A program made the translations under genes and the position numbers. A DNA stretch of 64,000 nt from an uncultured Candidatus Saccharibacteria bacterium. Its GTDB lineage: Bacteria; Patescibacteriota; Minisyncoccia; UBA6257; 1-14-0-10-44-23. Positions 38,510 through 48,523 of the stretch are shown one piece after another. The notes below the pieces were generated by a model. The model was not told the origin of the DNA. It saw only the letters and a list, made by a program, of their open reading frames with translations, and did not search any database. The stretch covers positions 43,739-107,738 of the forward strand of contig CAYMXN010000001.1 in NCBI GenBank assembly GCA_964394435.1, written 5' to 3'. Position 1 is the stretch's first letter. The number at the start of each line of letters is the position of its first letter.

Positions 38510-39040
38510 ATGAATCAGAAGGATCCGATTACTATCGCTTTACGAAAAAAGAAAATTCGCATTTTTTCGTTGCTTATTTTGCTCGGTCTAGTCTTTTGGG
38601 GTTGGGGTGCTCAATTTTATTCTCCGCGTCAGGAGATTGCTCCACTGGCGAGCGTGGGTGGTGATTTTTCGCTCTCTCCACTCTCTCCTGGGTTTGGTTT
38701 TTCCGGACCAGGAGGATATCGAAATCCGTTGCTGGACTATCCTGATCCGGCGCGCATGCGTACCTTTTCTTATCGATTGGGATTGTATACGGATAAAACC
38801 CGGCTACTTATTAAGGATATTTGCGCCGACGAATACTATGCTATTTTAATTTACCGAAAAGGAGATGACTATCGAGTTCAGCCAAATGCTGCTTTGTACA
38901 ATAGTGCTCAATTGTGCGCTTCCGGTAAGCGATTTGTTGTTGAAATAGATTTGATGGGTGTTCTGCGTGATACGCCAGGTTCGTATTATTACTTTGTTGC
39001 TGATCAGGGAAAGGTAGGTGAGTGGCGTAATCCTCGATAG
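38510..39040 (+). CDS. secreted protein sharing C-terminal domain with 30924..32570
   Basis: TM/signal IFSLLILLGLVFWGW; DEYYAILIYRKGDDYRVQPNAALYNSAQLCASG aligns with the 30924 C-terminus. Confidence 0.5.
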   Translation: MNQKDPITIALRKKKIRIFSLLILLGLVFWGWGAQFYSPRQEIAPLASVGGDFSLSPLSPGFGFSGPGGYRNPLLDYPDPARMRTFSYRLGLYTDKTRLLIKDICADEYYAILIYRKGDDYRVQPNAALYNSAQLCASGKRFVVEIDLMGVLRDTPGSYYYFVADQGKVGEWRNPR

Positions 39041-39085
39041 ACTTTTTGTTATCGCGCTATTCGGTTTTCTTGGTATACTTATTCT

Positions 39086-39496
39086 ATGAAGCGGTTTTTG
39101 CATTTTGTTTTTTCCCAATCACCCCTTGTTTTGTTTTTAGTATTATTCGCTTTCCTTTTTGCTCTCATACTTCTTGTTCGACTTACTTTTTTTACCGAAC
39201 AGTGGGTTATAGTAGTCCAGAAAAATGGAAGTGGACTCGTGGGGCATCTTACCGACAAGGGTGATTTTGTCCGTCTTTCTGATGTGTATGTGCTTAAAAA
39301 GCAATCTTTACCGCCTCAAGAAAGCTGGACTTCAAGTTTTATTCTCCGGGCTGATATCGATCCTGGTTTTAGCATTGAGCGATTTGATCTTGATAGCGTA
39401 CTAATTAGTCGTTCAGACATTGCATCTATTGTTCCAGTTTCTTCGGACTCACTTATCGTTAAGCGAATTGATCAAATTCTCTATTTAAGCGAGTAG
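39086..39496 (+). CDS. small membrane-anchored protein
   Basis: TM LVLFLVLFAFLFALILLV. Confidence 0.4.
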   Translation: MKRFLHFVFSQSPLVLFLVLFAFLFALILLVRLTFFTEQWVIVVQKNGSGLVGHLTDKGDFVRLSDVYVLKKQSLPPQESWTSSFILRADIDPGFSIERFDLDSVLISRSDIASIVPVSSDSLIVKRIDQILYLSE

Positions 39497-39498
39497 CT

Positions 39499-42400
39499 AT
39501 GAGTAATACAAAGACTTTTTTGTTCTACATATTGTTCGCTTTTGGCCTACTAGTTTCTTTTCCGTCTTCGGCAGCGGCAGCGATTTCATTAGTTCAATCC
39601 AATTCGACCTATCCCGGTGGTACCGGTCCGACCGGGCTCGCGTTTAGTTCCAATAATACTGCGGGAAATCTTATCGTGGTTGGGGTGCAGGGGGCTAATA
39701 ACTCGGCTGACCCGACGATTACTGATACTCGGGGTAATACGTATGTAAAAGTTGGTTCGGTTCACGGCGGAAGCGGCACTGCGTATTCGTATTTGTATTA
39801 TGCGAAGAATATTGCGGCTGGAGCGAACACAGTTACGGTTACGTTGCCGAATGGAAATGACCTTGGGTTTCATATTTCCGAGTGGAGTGGCGTAGATACT
39901 ACGTCGCCATTTAATGCTTCTTCGAGCGATGTTGCTACTTCTTCAGTTACTGTTTGGTCGACTACTAACCTTACGACAACTGCGGCTGACACGGTATTGA
40001 TAGCGTTTACAGGTACCGAAAATTCGGCCGAGACATTTACCGCTGGAACAAATTTTACTAAGCTAACCGAGCAGACTTCGCACTCTTCGATGGTACAGTA
40101 TCGCATCGTTTCTTCGGCTGGTACGTATCGTGCGACTGCTACTGTAAGCAACGCAGATAACGCGTGGGTGATGATTATGGGTGCGTTTAAGGCTGCGAAT
40201 ACAATTACTCCTACTAAGGTTGTTTTTAATCCATTTTCAGCGCGGTCAAAAACGTTCTTTTTAGACCCTCCTGCCTTTAATAGTATTAGCGGATACACTT
40301 CTTCGACTTCATTTAAGGAGCTTGCGGCAGGTGGTCAGCCGGCTGATGGTTTTTCTTCATCGACGAGTTATAAGCCGTGTGCCGGCCAGTTATGTACTTT
40401 TTTCTTGACTAATGACCCTAATCCGGCCAGCATCGCTTATCTTACTGGTTATCGGTGGTACTCAAATGCAGATGCAGTTACTACCGGATCTACTCTAGCT
40501 GCTACTAATGCTACGACGACCGCTCCAGCGCAAGGCACCCCGCTTCGCTTAAGGGCTGTTTTGCATATGCCAGTTGATTACTCAATCGGACCAACATCTT
40601 CAACTCTTCCCGTCTCTGGCATTAATAACACAGTTACTGGAGCGACAGCGTGGACGAATACGAATAATGTAACGAGTAGCGATAACTCATACGCAACGGT
40701 CGTACTTCCAAATGCTACATTGCCTAGTAATTATATTGAGGCGAAGAATTTTGGTTTTAGTTTGCCGGCGAGTTCAACGATTACCGGTATTTATGTTGAG
40801 GTTGATCGCAAAGACGATGGCTCAAAATTGAAAGATGCGTTTGTTTCTATCTTTAAGACCGACGGTTCGCCAAATCTTGGTACTGCGAGTACTTCGTTCT
40901 GGACCAGTACCGAGCAAACAGCAACGTATGGTGGTCAGTACGATCTCTGGAGCACGAGTTTTACCGCGGCTGATATTAATAGTCCTGATTTTGGTTTTGG
41001 TATTGGAGTATGGGGCGATTCAGTGGCTTGTGCTGGAGGATGTACCGCTTCAGTTGATGCGATTCGTGTCACCGTTTACTATCAGCCAGAAAATTTAAAG
41101 TTGCAGTACGCGGCTAAGTCGGGAACATGCGATACAGCTTTTTCAGGAGAGACGTATGTGGATGTGGCGACAAGTAGTGGGGCAATTCGTTTTTATAACA
41201 ATACAACTCCTAGCGATAATGATACGATTACTGCTTCTTCGAGTGATCCGACGCACGGCACTGATACTGTGGTTGCCCAGACGTATCAAGAATCAAATAA
41301 TTTTGGCGTAACGAGTACTGTTCCTGCGGGTAATGATGGACTTTGGGATTTTTCACTAGTTGATTATAGTGCGACAGCAAATACTGACTATTGTTTTCGA
41401 GTTGTTTCGAGTAGTGGGGCCACTTCGACGCCTGACTATGTTCCTGAATTTACCACTGCCGCAGCCGGTGCGGGTATAACTATCTCGGGAACTGTGTATT
41501 CAGATGCTGGAATTACAACAACTACTTCGTCCGTATCGCTTTCGATTAACGGTGGCACAAAAACAACCGTTTCTACTAATGGTAGCGGAGTCTTTACTTT
41601 TTCGAGCGTGACTACACCCAACGCTGCTGATGTGATTACTGTTTGGATGGACAATAACGGCGGAGGAAATGGAACGGGGGCGACTGTTACTCGTTATAGT
41701 GGCAGCGGTGATCTTACTGGGTTGGATATCTATAGGAGTCGAATGATTGTTCGACATGAGGATGCTGGGCCAATTATTAACACTGATATTGATGCGTGTA
41801 CAAAGACACTTGGAGCTGGTTGTGCAGATAGTGATATTCATTTCGATGTTTCGGGTGGTGCGCTGACGGTTGATAGTGATTGGGGTTTGTACGTTTGGGG
41901 AGGAGATACCTTTACTCCCGGAGGGGCGGTGACGCTTACTGCTGGTGCTGCGTCTTCGACTCCGGGCGGAGATTTGACCTGGGGTTCTTCATCTTCGACG
42001 TTAAGTATGTCGACTAACGCGCTTTCGGTGGGGGGCGATTGGCGCAATGATGTCGGTGGAACTGCTACGATAACGAGTAGTGCGGTTACGTTTACGGCTA
42101 CTCAACCGGGAATGGTGATTAATAGTGGGAACAAGAACTTTGGGAGTGTGACGTTTAATGGTGTAGGTGGAACTTGGTCGGCGTCAACCAGTCAAATGGT
42201 AATTACGGGAAGTACTGGGCTTACGATGACCGCGGGGACACTTAATAATGTGATGGGTTCGGCACCAATAACTGTAAGTGGTAATGGAAACGTAGTTGGG
42301 AGCGGAACTGGAGATGGTGTTATTAGTCTTACCTCGAGTAAGTTTATTTTCCGGCCGGGAATTTTGGTGTCGAGGAATTTTGCGTCGGGGAATACGGTTA

Positions 42401-44073
42401 ACTGGTCGTTTTACGATCTTGAATTTAACGGATCTAACGCGGGAGGAGCGTCATTTCAAAACAGCAGCGCTGCGAGCACCACCATTACTGTTTCAAACGT
42501 CTTAACGATTGGTTCTTCGACTGATTCTGGTGCGACTACGTTTGCCGCGGGCAGTTCGACTTTTGTACTTTCTGGTACGACCGGTACGCCGTTTGTAATT
42601 ACATCTAGTCCAGCTGCGACGTTTACGAGCGCTTCTTCGACATTCCAATTTTCCGGAAACTATGCGAGTGGTAATACGCAGATTCCGGGCGTTGGTTATT
42701 ACAAGTTGGTTACTAATAACGCTTCAGAGACGTATAACATTACCGGAAATGCGAGCACCTCGGACAGCTTAACTGTTACTGCCGGCACATTTGATATCGC
42801 AACGTCGAGTTTTGTTATTGGAGACGGACTAACAGTTTCTTCTGGGGCTACATTTACTGGTTCGAATAATGTCACGCTAACTGTAGCAACGAGCACTGCT
42901 TCATTTTTAGGGACGACTAACTTTACCGGTGGCACATTTTCGTTGTTCGCCCGAAATAGCGACAAGACGATTGATCTTGGGAGTGCGAGCGCAAGCACAA
43001 CCCTTAATATTATGACGATAGACTCGGTTGGTATTAGTCCGACCGTTACGTTTAGCGGTACCGGTGGTGGTTTGCGTACGCTTGGCGGACTATCGATTGG
43101 CTCAATTGGTATTGTTACGCTGGCGGTTACTACTTCGGCGCCGTTTACGATTGAAGGTAATTTTAATAATACGGTAAATGGTACGTTTAACGCTTCTTCG
43201 AGTGTAGCGCTTACCTTTAAGGGGAACTTTCTTTCGGATGGAACACTGACTACCGCGAGTAGTACGTTTATCTTTACCGGTTCGTCGGGGACGGCGACAA
43301 TTGGCGGTGCTGCTGCGTTTACATTTTATAATTTGAGCTTACTCGCTCCTACGGCAACTCGAACGTATCAGTTTACGAGCGGTAAGACGTATTATGTGAA
43401 TGGTGCGCTGAATATCGCCGGAACGAGTAGCTCGGTTAAGGCGGTTATTAGTGCGTCAACTGGTAGTGTGCAGTGGCTTATTAATCACCAGGGAACTGAA
43501 AACGTACAGTTTGCCAACATTATTGACTCTGGCTGTGATGCGTTGAGTACTAATATCAGTGTGATGTCGGCTGATAACCTTGATAATGGAAATAACGGTA
43601 CGTGTTGGCTATTTCAGACGTTAGCAATGACCCTAAGCACCACGACCATTTCATTGCCACTCACTAGTGGTAATACGTGGACAACTACCGCGAGTAACAC
43701 GCTCACCGTCACTTCTACGGTCGAGTCTGGATATAACGTAACTGCTTTTGCTTCGGGCTTATTAACCTCTGGGTTAAATACTATCAGTGATTGGCCGAGC
43801 AGTTATTCGGCACCAACAACATGGGCGGGTACGTGTAGTGGTTCGAGCCAGTGTGGATTTGGCTATAACACCGATGATGCTGATTTAACACAATTTTCAG
43901 GAAGTAAGTACGCGGCGTTTAGTAGTAGTACTCCCGGAGATATTATTGCTACTAAATCAACTAGTGCGCGTGGTGATCAAACAACTATTACGTATCGTGT
44001 TTCGGTTCCAACAAATCAAGCCGCGGGTACGTATACTAATAGTTTGAATTTTGTTTTAACACAGCAATTTTAA
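39499..44073 (+). CDS. giant (1524 aa) secreted Thr/Ser/Gly/Ala/Asn-rich surface protein with conserved about 130-aa C-terminal domain ending ...YRVSVPTNQAAGTYTNSLNFVLTQQF
   Basis: Signal peptide MSNTKTFLFYILFAFGLLVSFPSSAAAA; composition; C-terminal domain homologous to that of 45357..46610. Confidence 0.6.
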   Translation: MSNTKTFLFYILFAFGLLVSFPSSAAAAISLVQSNSTYPGGTGPTGLAFSSNNTAGNLIVVGVQGANNSADPTITDTRGNTYVKVGSVHGGSGTAYSYLYYAKNIAAGANTVTVTLPNGNDLGFHISEWSGVDTTSPFNASSSDVATSSVTVWSTTNLTTTAADTVLIAFTGTENSAETFTAGTNFTKLTEQTSHSSMVQYRIVSSAGTYRATATVSNADNAWVMIMGAFKAANTITPTKVVFNPFSARSKTFFLDPPAFNSISGYTSSTSFKELAAGGQPADGFSSSTSYKPCAGQLCTFFLTNDPNPASIAYLTGYRWYSNADAVTTGSTLAATNATTTAPAQGTPLRLRAVLHMPVDYSIGPTSSTLPVSGINNTVTGATAWTNTNNVTSSDNSYATVVLPNATLPSNYIEAKNFGFSLPASSTITGIYVEVDRKDDGSKLKDAFVSIFKTDGSPNLGTASTSFWTSTEQTATYGGQYDLWSTSFTAADINSPDFGFGIGVWGDSVACAGGCTASVDAIRVTVYYQPENLKLQYAAKSGTCDTAFSGETYVDVATSSGAIRFYNNTTPSDNDTITASSSDPTHGTDTVVAQTYQESNNFGVTSTVPAGNDGLWDFSLVDYSATANTDYCFRVVSSSGATSTPDYVPEFTTAAAGAGITISGTVYSDAGITTTTSSVSLSINGGTKTTVSTNGSGVFTFSSVTTPNAADVITVWMDNNGGGNGTGATVTRYSGSGDLTGLDIYRSRMIVRHEDAGPIINTDIDACTKTLGAGCADSDIHFDVSGGALTVDSDWGLYVWGGDTFTPGGAVTLTAGAASSTPGGDLTWGSSSSTLSMSTNALSVGGDWRNDVGGTATITSSAVTFTATQPGMVINSGNKNFGSVTFNGVGGTWSASTSQMVITGSTGLTMTAGTLNNVMGSAPITVSGNGNVVGSGTGDGVISLTSSKFIFRPGILVSRNFASGNTVNWSFYDLEFNGSNAGGASFQNSSAASTTITVSNVLTIGSSTDSGATTFAAGSSTFVLSGTTGTPFVITSSPAATFTSASSTFQFSGNYASGNTQIPGVGYYKLVTNNASETYNITGNASTSDSLTVTAGTFDIATSSFVIGDGLTVSSGATFTGSNNVTLTVATSTASFLGTTNFTGGTFSLFARNSDKTIDLGSASASTTLNIMTIDSVGISPTVTFSGTGGGLRTLGGLSIGSIGIVTLAVTTSAPFTIEGNFNNTVNGTFNASSSVALTFKGNFLSDGTLTTASSTFIFTGSSGTATIGGAAAFTFYNLSLLAPTATRTYQFTSGKTYYVNGALNIAGTSSSVKAVISASTGSVQWLINHQGTENVQFANIIDSGCDALSTNISVMSADNLDNGNNGTCWLFQTLAMTLSTTTISLPLTSGNTWTTTASNTLTVTSTVESGYNVTAFASGLLTSGLNTISDWPSSYSAPTTWAGTCSGSSQCGFGYNTDDADLTQFSGSKYAAFSSSTPGDIIATKSTSARGDQTTITYRVSVPTNQAAGTYTNSLNFVLTQQF

Positions 44074-44077
44074 CTTT

Positions 44078-45193
44078 ATGCTTAAGAATTCTCGAAAAAC
44101 TATTTACTTAATGCTTGCCTTGGTTGCTTTTATTTTTCGCTTGCCAACACCAGCTCTAGCTGAAGGATTGCAATTGTCAGTAAGTAAAGGTATTTTTGCT
44201 CTTGAGGTTTTGCCGGGGATCGCCCACGAGGATATGATTGGCGTGATCAATACTTCGGCTAGTCAGCCGTTGCCAGTTGAGGTGCAGATGTCGATGTGGA
44301 ATTTGAAATCTAATGCAGATGAGCTCGAATTTGTTTCGGTTGATGATGAGCTGAATGCGACGAAGTGGTTTTCGCTCGTTTCTCCAAAAGGGGGAGTTAG
44401 TAGACTTTCGGGTACGCGCTTTATTATTCCCGCTGATGGGTATCGTGATTTACGTTTTAGGATTCTACCCCCACAGTCTGCTCCGCTTGGAAGTTATCTT
44501 GTGGCGATGCGCTTAAAAGTTGCTGCTCCTGATTATTATTTTGCCGAAGGTGGAACGCGTCTGTATCCGGAAATTGACGTACTCTTTTTTATCAATGTAA
44601 AAGATCTTAATCTTTCTGGTTCGAGTCAGCGATACACGGCGCAGATTTCTTCATTTAGCGCAAAAGACGACAATACGATTGGAGCGCTTTCGCTGCTTGT
44701 TTCAAAGGCGAGCGCTGGAGTATTTGAGGATATTGTAAACCAATATATCGCAACTATTCGTAATACCGGTTTGTATTATTTTAAGATGAAGGGCAGTATC
44801 GAGGTGAAAAATATGTTTGGGAGAGTTGTAAAGACTATCGATTTGCCGAATAGGTACTTAATTCCAAATCGAACTCGTTCGCTTGAGATTGGTATCGAGG
44901 AGGACGCCAATGCTTCTCGGGGGATATTTTCTTCATTTGGGCGATTTTTTGCTGATCATTTTTATTTCGGTCCATATACCGCAACGTTGCTTTTGCAGGT
45001 TCCGGTTAACTCGATTGACGATACTCCCGATGCTAACTCGTTTGTTCGTGAGTCGGTGCGTTTTTGGGTGTTTCCTTGGAAATTGCTCTTGTTGGTTGTT
45101 GGGTTTGTTTTCGCAATCCGCTTCTTCTGGAAACGGGGAGGAGTGTTACGCATCAAGCGAGCGTTTTTGACGCTTATCGGAAAGGCAAAGTAG
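44078..45193 (+). CDS. CscA-like (DUF916/DUF3324-like architecture) secreted protein with C-terminal TM anchor and basic tail; partner of the giant protein
   Basis: Signal peptide; two beta-rich domains; FWVFPWKLLLLVVGFVFAIRFFWKRGG; paralog of 46616..47551. Confidence 0.45.
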   Translation: MLKNSRKTIYLMLALVAFIFRLPTPALAEGLQLSVSKGIFALEVLPGIAHEDMIGVINTSASQPLPVEVQMSMWNLKSNADELEFVSVDDELNATKWFSLVSPKGGVSRLSGTRFIIPADGYRDLRFRILPPQSAPLGSYLVAMRLKVAAPDYYFAEGGTRLYPEIDVLFFINVKDLNLSGSSQRYTAQISSFSAKDDNTIGALSLLVSKASAGVFEDIVNQYIATIRNTGLYYFKMKGSIEVKNMFGRVVKTIDLPNRYLIPNRTRSLEIGIEEDANASRGIFSSFGRFFADHFYFGPYTATLLLQVPVNSIDDTPDANSFVRESVRFWVFPWKLLLLVVGFVFAIRFFWKRGGVLRIKRAFLTLIGKAK

Positions 45194-45356
45194 CAAGCTA
45201 TATTTGACCATTTCAAATATTTATTGACTTATCCACAGTTTTGATTTGTTTTGTAAAGTAGGGATGTGAGCTTTCGTGTTATACTAAGTGTAAATAAATC
45301 GTGTGGATTTATTTTGTAGCTTTTATTACTAATTATTAATTAATTCTTTGACTATC

Positions 45357-46610
45357 ATGAAACGATTTTTAAGCCATTTGATGGGGGCGACCGGAAGTGC
45401 GACTGTCGCCACGACGCTCATCATCTCACTGCTTGTTTCGGCGAGCGGTTTTTACTTATTATCTCGCTCGGCGAGTGCGACTGCGCTTACTTCGGTCAAA
45501 GATACGCTTTCGACCTCCGCTCCAGCTACAGCGGCTAACCACACGATTCAGTTTATTACCAAGAGTAACATCGCTAACGGCGATACGATTAAGATTGAGT
45601 TTGATACACTCGGTACAACTGACCAATTTACGATTAACTCACTTCTCTTTAGTGATATCGACTTAAAGCATAACAACCAGGGTAGCTGTTCGGGCACTCT
45701 TGCTAACCAGACTATTTCTTCTGCTTTTACTACAGCATCAAGTACTTTTACGGTTGCTATTTCGAGTTCAACTGATGATATTACCTTTACGGCGACTTCG
45801 ACGGCAGCTACGTATATCCCGTCAGGTGCGTGCGTTATTATCACCATCGGAACAAACTCAACGTATCAATCAACTGGAGTAAACCAGATTGTAAATCCAG
45901 CTAAGACTGCGGCTGCTGGTGTTGCTGATGTCAACGACGTAAAGATTACGTTTACCGGTACTCCAGCTGCTGATAGTGGCTCGGCTCTAGTGGCGACTAT
46001 CGACCAAGTTACGGTCTCGGTTACCGTTGACTCGAGTCTCTCGTTCTCTATTTCTGGTGTGACTGGTGCGAGCTGTACACAAGGTACTGGTACCCAGGTG
46101 ACTACAACTTCGACTACTGTACCGTTTGGTTCTTCGTTGGTTGCTGTAAACACTTTCTATAGAGGTTGTCAGGACTTAGTGGTGAGCACAAACGCTTCGA
46201 GTGGATACGCGATCACTGCAGAAGAGAATACGAGCTTGCTTTCCGGTTCGATCACGTTAGACGACACTCGTTGCGATTTCGCCTCGGCGGAGTGTAGCGA
46301 GGTTATTGGTGCTGCATCTACTACAGCTTGGGCGACCGCAACTAACAATGGTTTTGGCTATACTTGCAGCGGCTCTTCTTGTAACTCTGCTTTTGCTACA
46401 GCAACCGAGTACAATCAGTTCTCGTGCACCGGATCTGATGCGCAATGCAATCCGGGTTCGGGAGGTGAGGCCGCACAGACACCAATTTCCACTTCGACTC
46501 CAGTAAGTGCTGATACCTCACGTATCGTCTATCGTCTCTCGGTAAGTGGTACGCAGCCAGCTGGTTCGTACAGCAACACCATTACCTATATCGCGACGCC
46601 GACCTTCTAA
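45357..46610 (+). CDS. Thr/Ser-rich surface protein (about 417 aa) sharing the C-terminal domain of the giant protein (...YRLSVSGTQPAGSYSNTITYIATPTF)
   Basis: Signal anchor; SGYAITA, TAWAT, GFGY, SGSSC, QFSC motifs align with the 39499 C-terminus; ATG 45357 (TTG 45348 alternative). Confidence 0.55.
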   Translation: MKRFLSHLMGATGSATVATTLIISLLVSASGFYLLSRSASATALTSVKDTLSTSAPATAANHTIQFITKSNIANGDTIKIEFDTLGTTDQFTINSLLFSDIDLKHNNQGSCSGTLANQTISSAFTTASSTFTVAISSSTDDITFTATSTAATYIPSGACVIITIGTNSTYQSTGVNQIVNPAKTAAAGVADVNDVKITFTGTPAADSGSALVATIDQVTVSVTVDSSLSFSISGVTGASCTQGTGTQVTTTSTTVPFGSSLVAVNTFYRGCQDLVVSTNASSGYAITAEENTSLLSGSITLDDTRCDFASAECSEVIGAASTTAWATATNNGFGYTCSGSSCNSAFATATEYNQFSCTGSDAQCNPGSGGEAAQTPISTSTPVSADTSRIVYRLSVSGTQPAGSYSNTITYIATPTF

Positions 46611-46615
46611 CAGTT

Positions 46616-47551
46616 ATGAACAAGCGCCTATCATTTAAAGCTTTCGCGATAGTATCGCTTCTCCTTTTGGGTGCCTTTATGTACGCACCAAAGGCCTCTG
46701 CTATTACGATTTCGCCACTTAACTTTGAGCTTAGTGGCAATCCGGGTGATAAGATTTCGAATGTGCTGCGTATCTACAACGATCAGGATGTTCCTATTGG
46801 TGTAAGCGTAAGCGCTCAAAACTTTACCGCTTCTGATGAAGAGGGGCGCGTCAAAATTGACCTTGATAATACCCGGGAAAATTCGTACTCATTTGCGAGC
46901 TGGATTAAGCTGTCACCTGAAGAGTTAGTAATTGAGCCAAAGTCTTTTAAGGCGATCGAGTTTACGGTTTCAGTTCCACTTAATGCAGAGCCAGGAGGAC
47001 ACTACGCCTCTATTTTAGCTGCTGTTGGGGCTACTTCAGAGACTGGTGCGACTGCGATTTCACAGCGTATTGGAGCGCTTCTTCTTTTGAATGTGAGTGG
47101 TGAGATTAAAGAGGAGATGTATCTAAAAGAGTTTTCGGTTCCGAATTATTCTGAATATGGTCCAGTTACGCTCGTAAGTCGTTTTGAAAATACCGGCAGC
47201 GTTCACTTAAAGCCTCGTGGGTTTATTACGATAACAAACATTTTCAATCAGGAGGTTGGTCGCTTCGACTTACCACAGAGCAACGTTCTCCCGGGAACGA
47301 TTCGTCGTATCGAAACTGCTTGGGGTCAGAAGTATTTGTTTGGACGGTATCAGGCGAATTTAACGACGGTGTATGGATCGACGAATGATCCAATCACGAG
47401 CGTGGTTCAGTTTTGGGTCATCCCATGGAAAGAGACTGCAGCCGTCGGATTTGCCGGCTTGATTGTACTCATCTTCTTGATTCGCCGCCGCCGCCGTATC
47501 GGCCTTGCGCTACGCGTCTTGTTTGGCTCTGAAATGCCGAAGCAGCGTTAG
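46616..47551 (+). CDS. CscA-like membrane-anchored partner protein, paralog of 44078..45193
   Basis: Signal peptide; FASWIKLSP, FWVIPWK, C-terminal TM plus RRRRR tail; collinear similarity with 44078..45193. Confidence 0.45.
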   Translation: MNKRLSFKAFAIVSLLLLGAFMYAPKASAITISPLNFELSGNPGDKISNVLRIYNDQDVPIGVSVSAQNFTASDEEGRVKIDLDNTRENSYSFASWIKLSPEELVIEPKSFKAIEFTVSVPLNAEPGGHYASILAAVGATSETGATAISQRIGALLLLNVSGEIKEEMYLKEFSVPNYSEYGPVTLVSRFENTGSVHLKPRGFITITNIFNQEVGRFDLPQSNVLPGTIRRIETAWGQKYLFGRYQANLTTVYGSTNDPITSVVQFWVIPWKETAAVGFAGLIVLIFLIRRRRRIGLALRVLFGSEMPKQR

Positions 47552-47570
47552 CGACTTATTATTTCTTTTC

Positions 47571-48509
47571 ATGCAGCATTTTCAAAGGATTGGTCGCGCG
47601 TCCGTATATTTTGCTCTGCTTATTCTTTGTATTCCGTTTTTTGGGTCTGCCGCAGAGACTCGGGATATTGGCGTTACGATTACCATTGGCGAAACCGCTA
47701 CGACAACACCTTCTGGGGGTGGTGGCGGGGGTGGAGGAGGTACGTTTGGTACGGTAACCGCTGTTACATTAAGCGGATACGTGTATCCGGGTGCGATTAT
47801 TACCTATTTGGATAATGGTGTTGTTATTGGGACTGGTGTTGCTGATAGTAGTGGGGTATTTTTGAAATCGTTTTCTGTTCCTTCAGGACTTTCGCAATTT
47901 GGTCTTTGGGCGCGCGATACGATGGATTTTATTTCACCAACTACGAATATCGGTATATATCTACAACCGTATGTTCCGGTTACTATTTCGCAGATTGTAA
48001 TCGGCCCGACTATTACTGGGAAGACTAATCTTGCGGTTGGCGAGGATCAGCTTTTGTATGGAAGTGGTTACCCTGGGGCTCAAATTAATTTGTTTAATAT
48101 TTTTGCCCCAAGTCAGACTCCGTATACAGCGATGGTGAATGCGGCCGGTCGTTGGCAGATTCGTATTCCTGCTGCTTCGTTGTTTGCTGGATCGTATACG
48201 TTTCAGGCGATGATGCAGGCTGGACTAGGAGGGAGTACGGGGTATTCGCAGGGATTTACTTTTATTGTCGGGAAGAGCGGAGAGTTGGTTCCTGGGCAGC
48301 CGCCGGTTAGCGGTGGAGGCAAGAGGTGTTTTGGTTCGGATTTTAATGGTGATGGGCGGGTTAATATTCAAGACTTCTCAATCTTTCTTTTTTACTGGCA
48401 CAAGGATTATTCACAGCGACCTCCGGCCAATGCCTGCGTAGATCGCAATGGTGATCGCAAGGTTGATATTAAGGATTTTTCGATCGTTATGCATGACTGG
48501 ACTAAGTAA
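47571..48509 (+). CDS. secreted Gly-rich protein with C-terminal type-I dockerin domain
   Basis: Signal peptide; poly-Gly; tandem Ca-binding repeats DFNGDGRVNIQDFSIF / DRNGDRKVDIKDFSIV. Confidence 0.7.
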   Translation: MQHFQRIGRASVYFALLILCIPFFGSAAETRDIGVTITIGETATTTPSGGGGGGGGGTFGTVTAVTLSGYVYPGAIITYLDNGVVIGTGVADSSGVFLKSFSVPSGLSQFGLWARDTMDFISPTTNIGIYLQPYVPVTISQIVIGPTITGKTNLAVGEDQLLYGSGYPGAQINLFNIFAPSQTPYTAMVNAAGRWQIRIPAASLFAGSYTFQAMMQAGLGGSTGYSQGFTFIVGKSGELVPGQPPVSGGGKRCFGSDFNGDGRVNIQDFSIFLFYWHKDYSQRPPANACVDRNGDRKVDIKDFSIVMHDWTK

Positions 48510-48523
48510 TATATACTCATAGT

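Noticed and set aside
39499-46610. Calling the conserved C-terminal domain of the surface proteins a WxL domain
   Set aside because: No W-x-L motifs are present (only TTWAG/TAWAT); the analogy to Csc/WxL complexes is retained only as a hypothesis.
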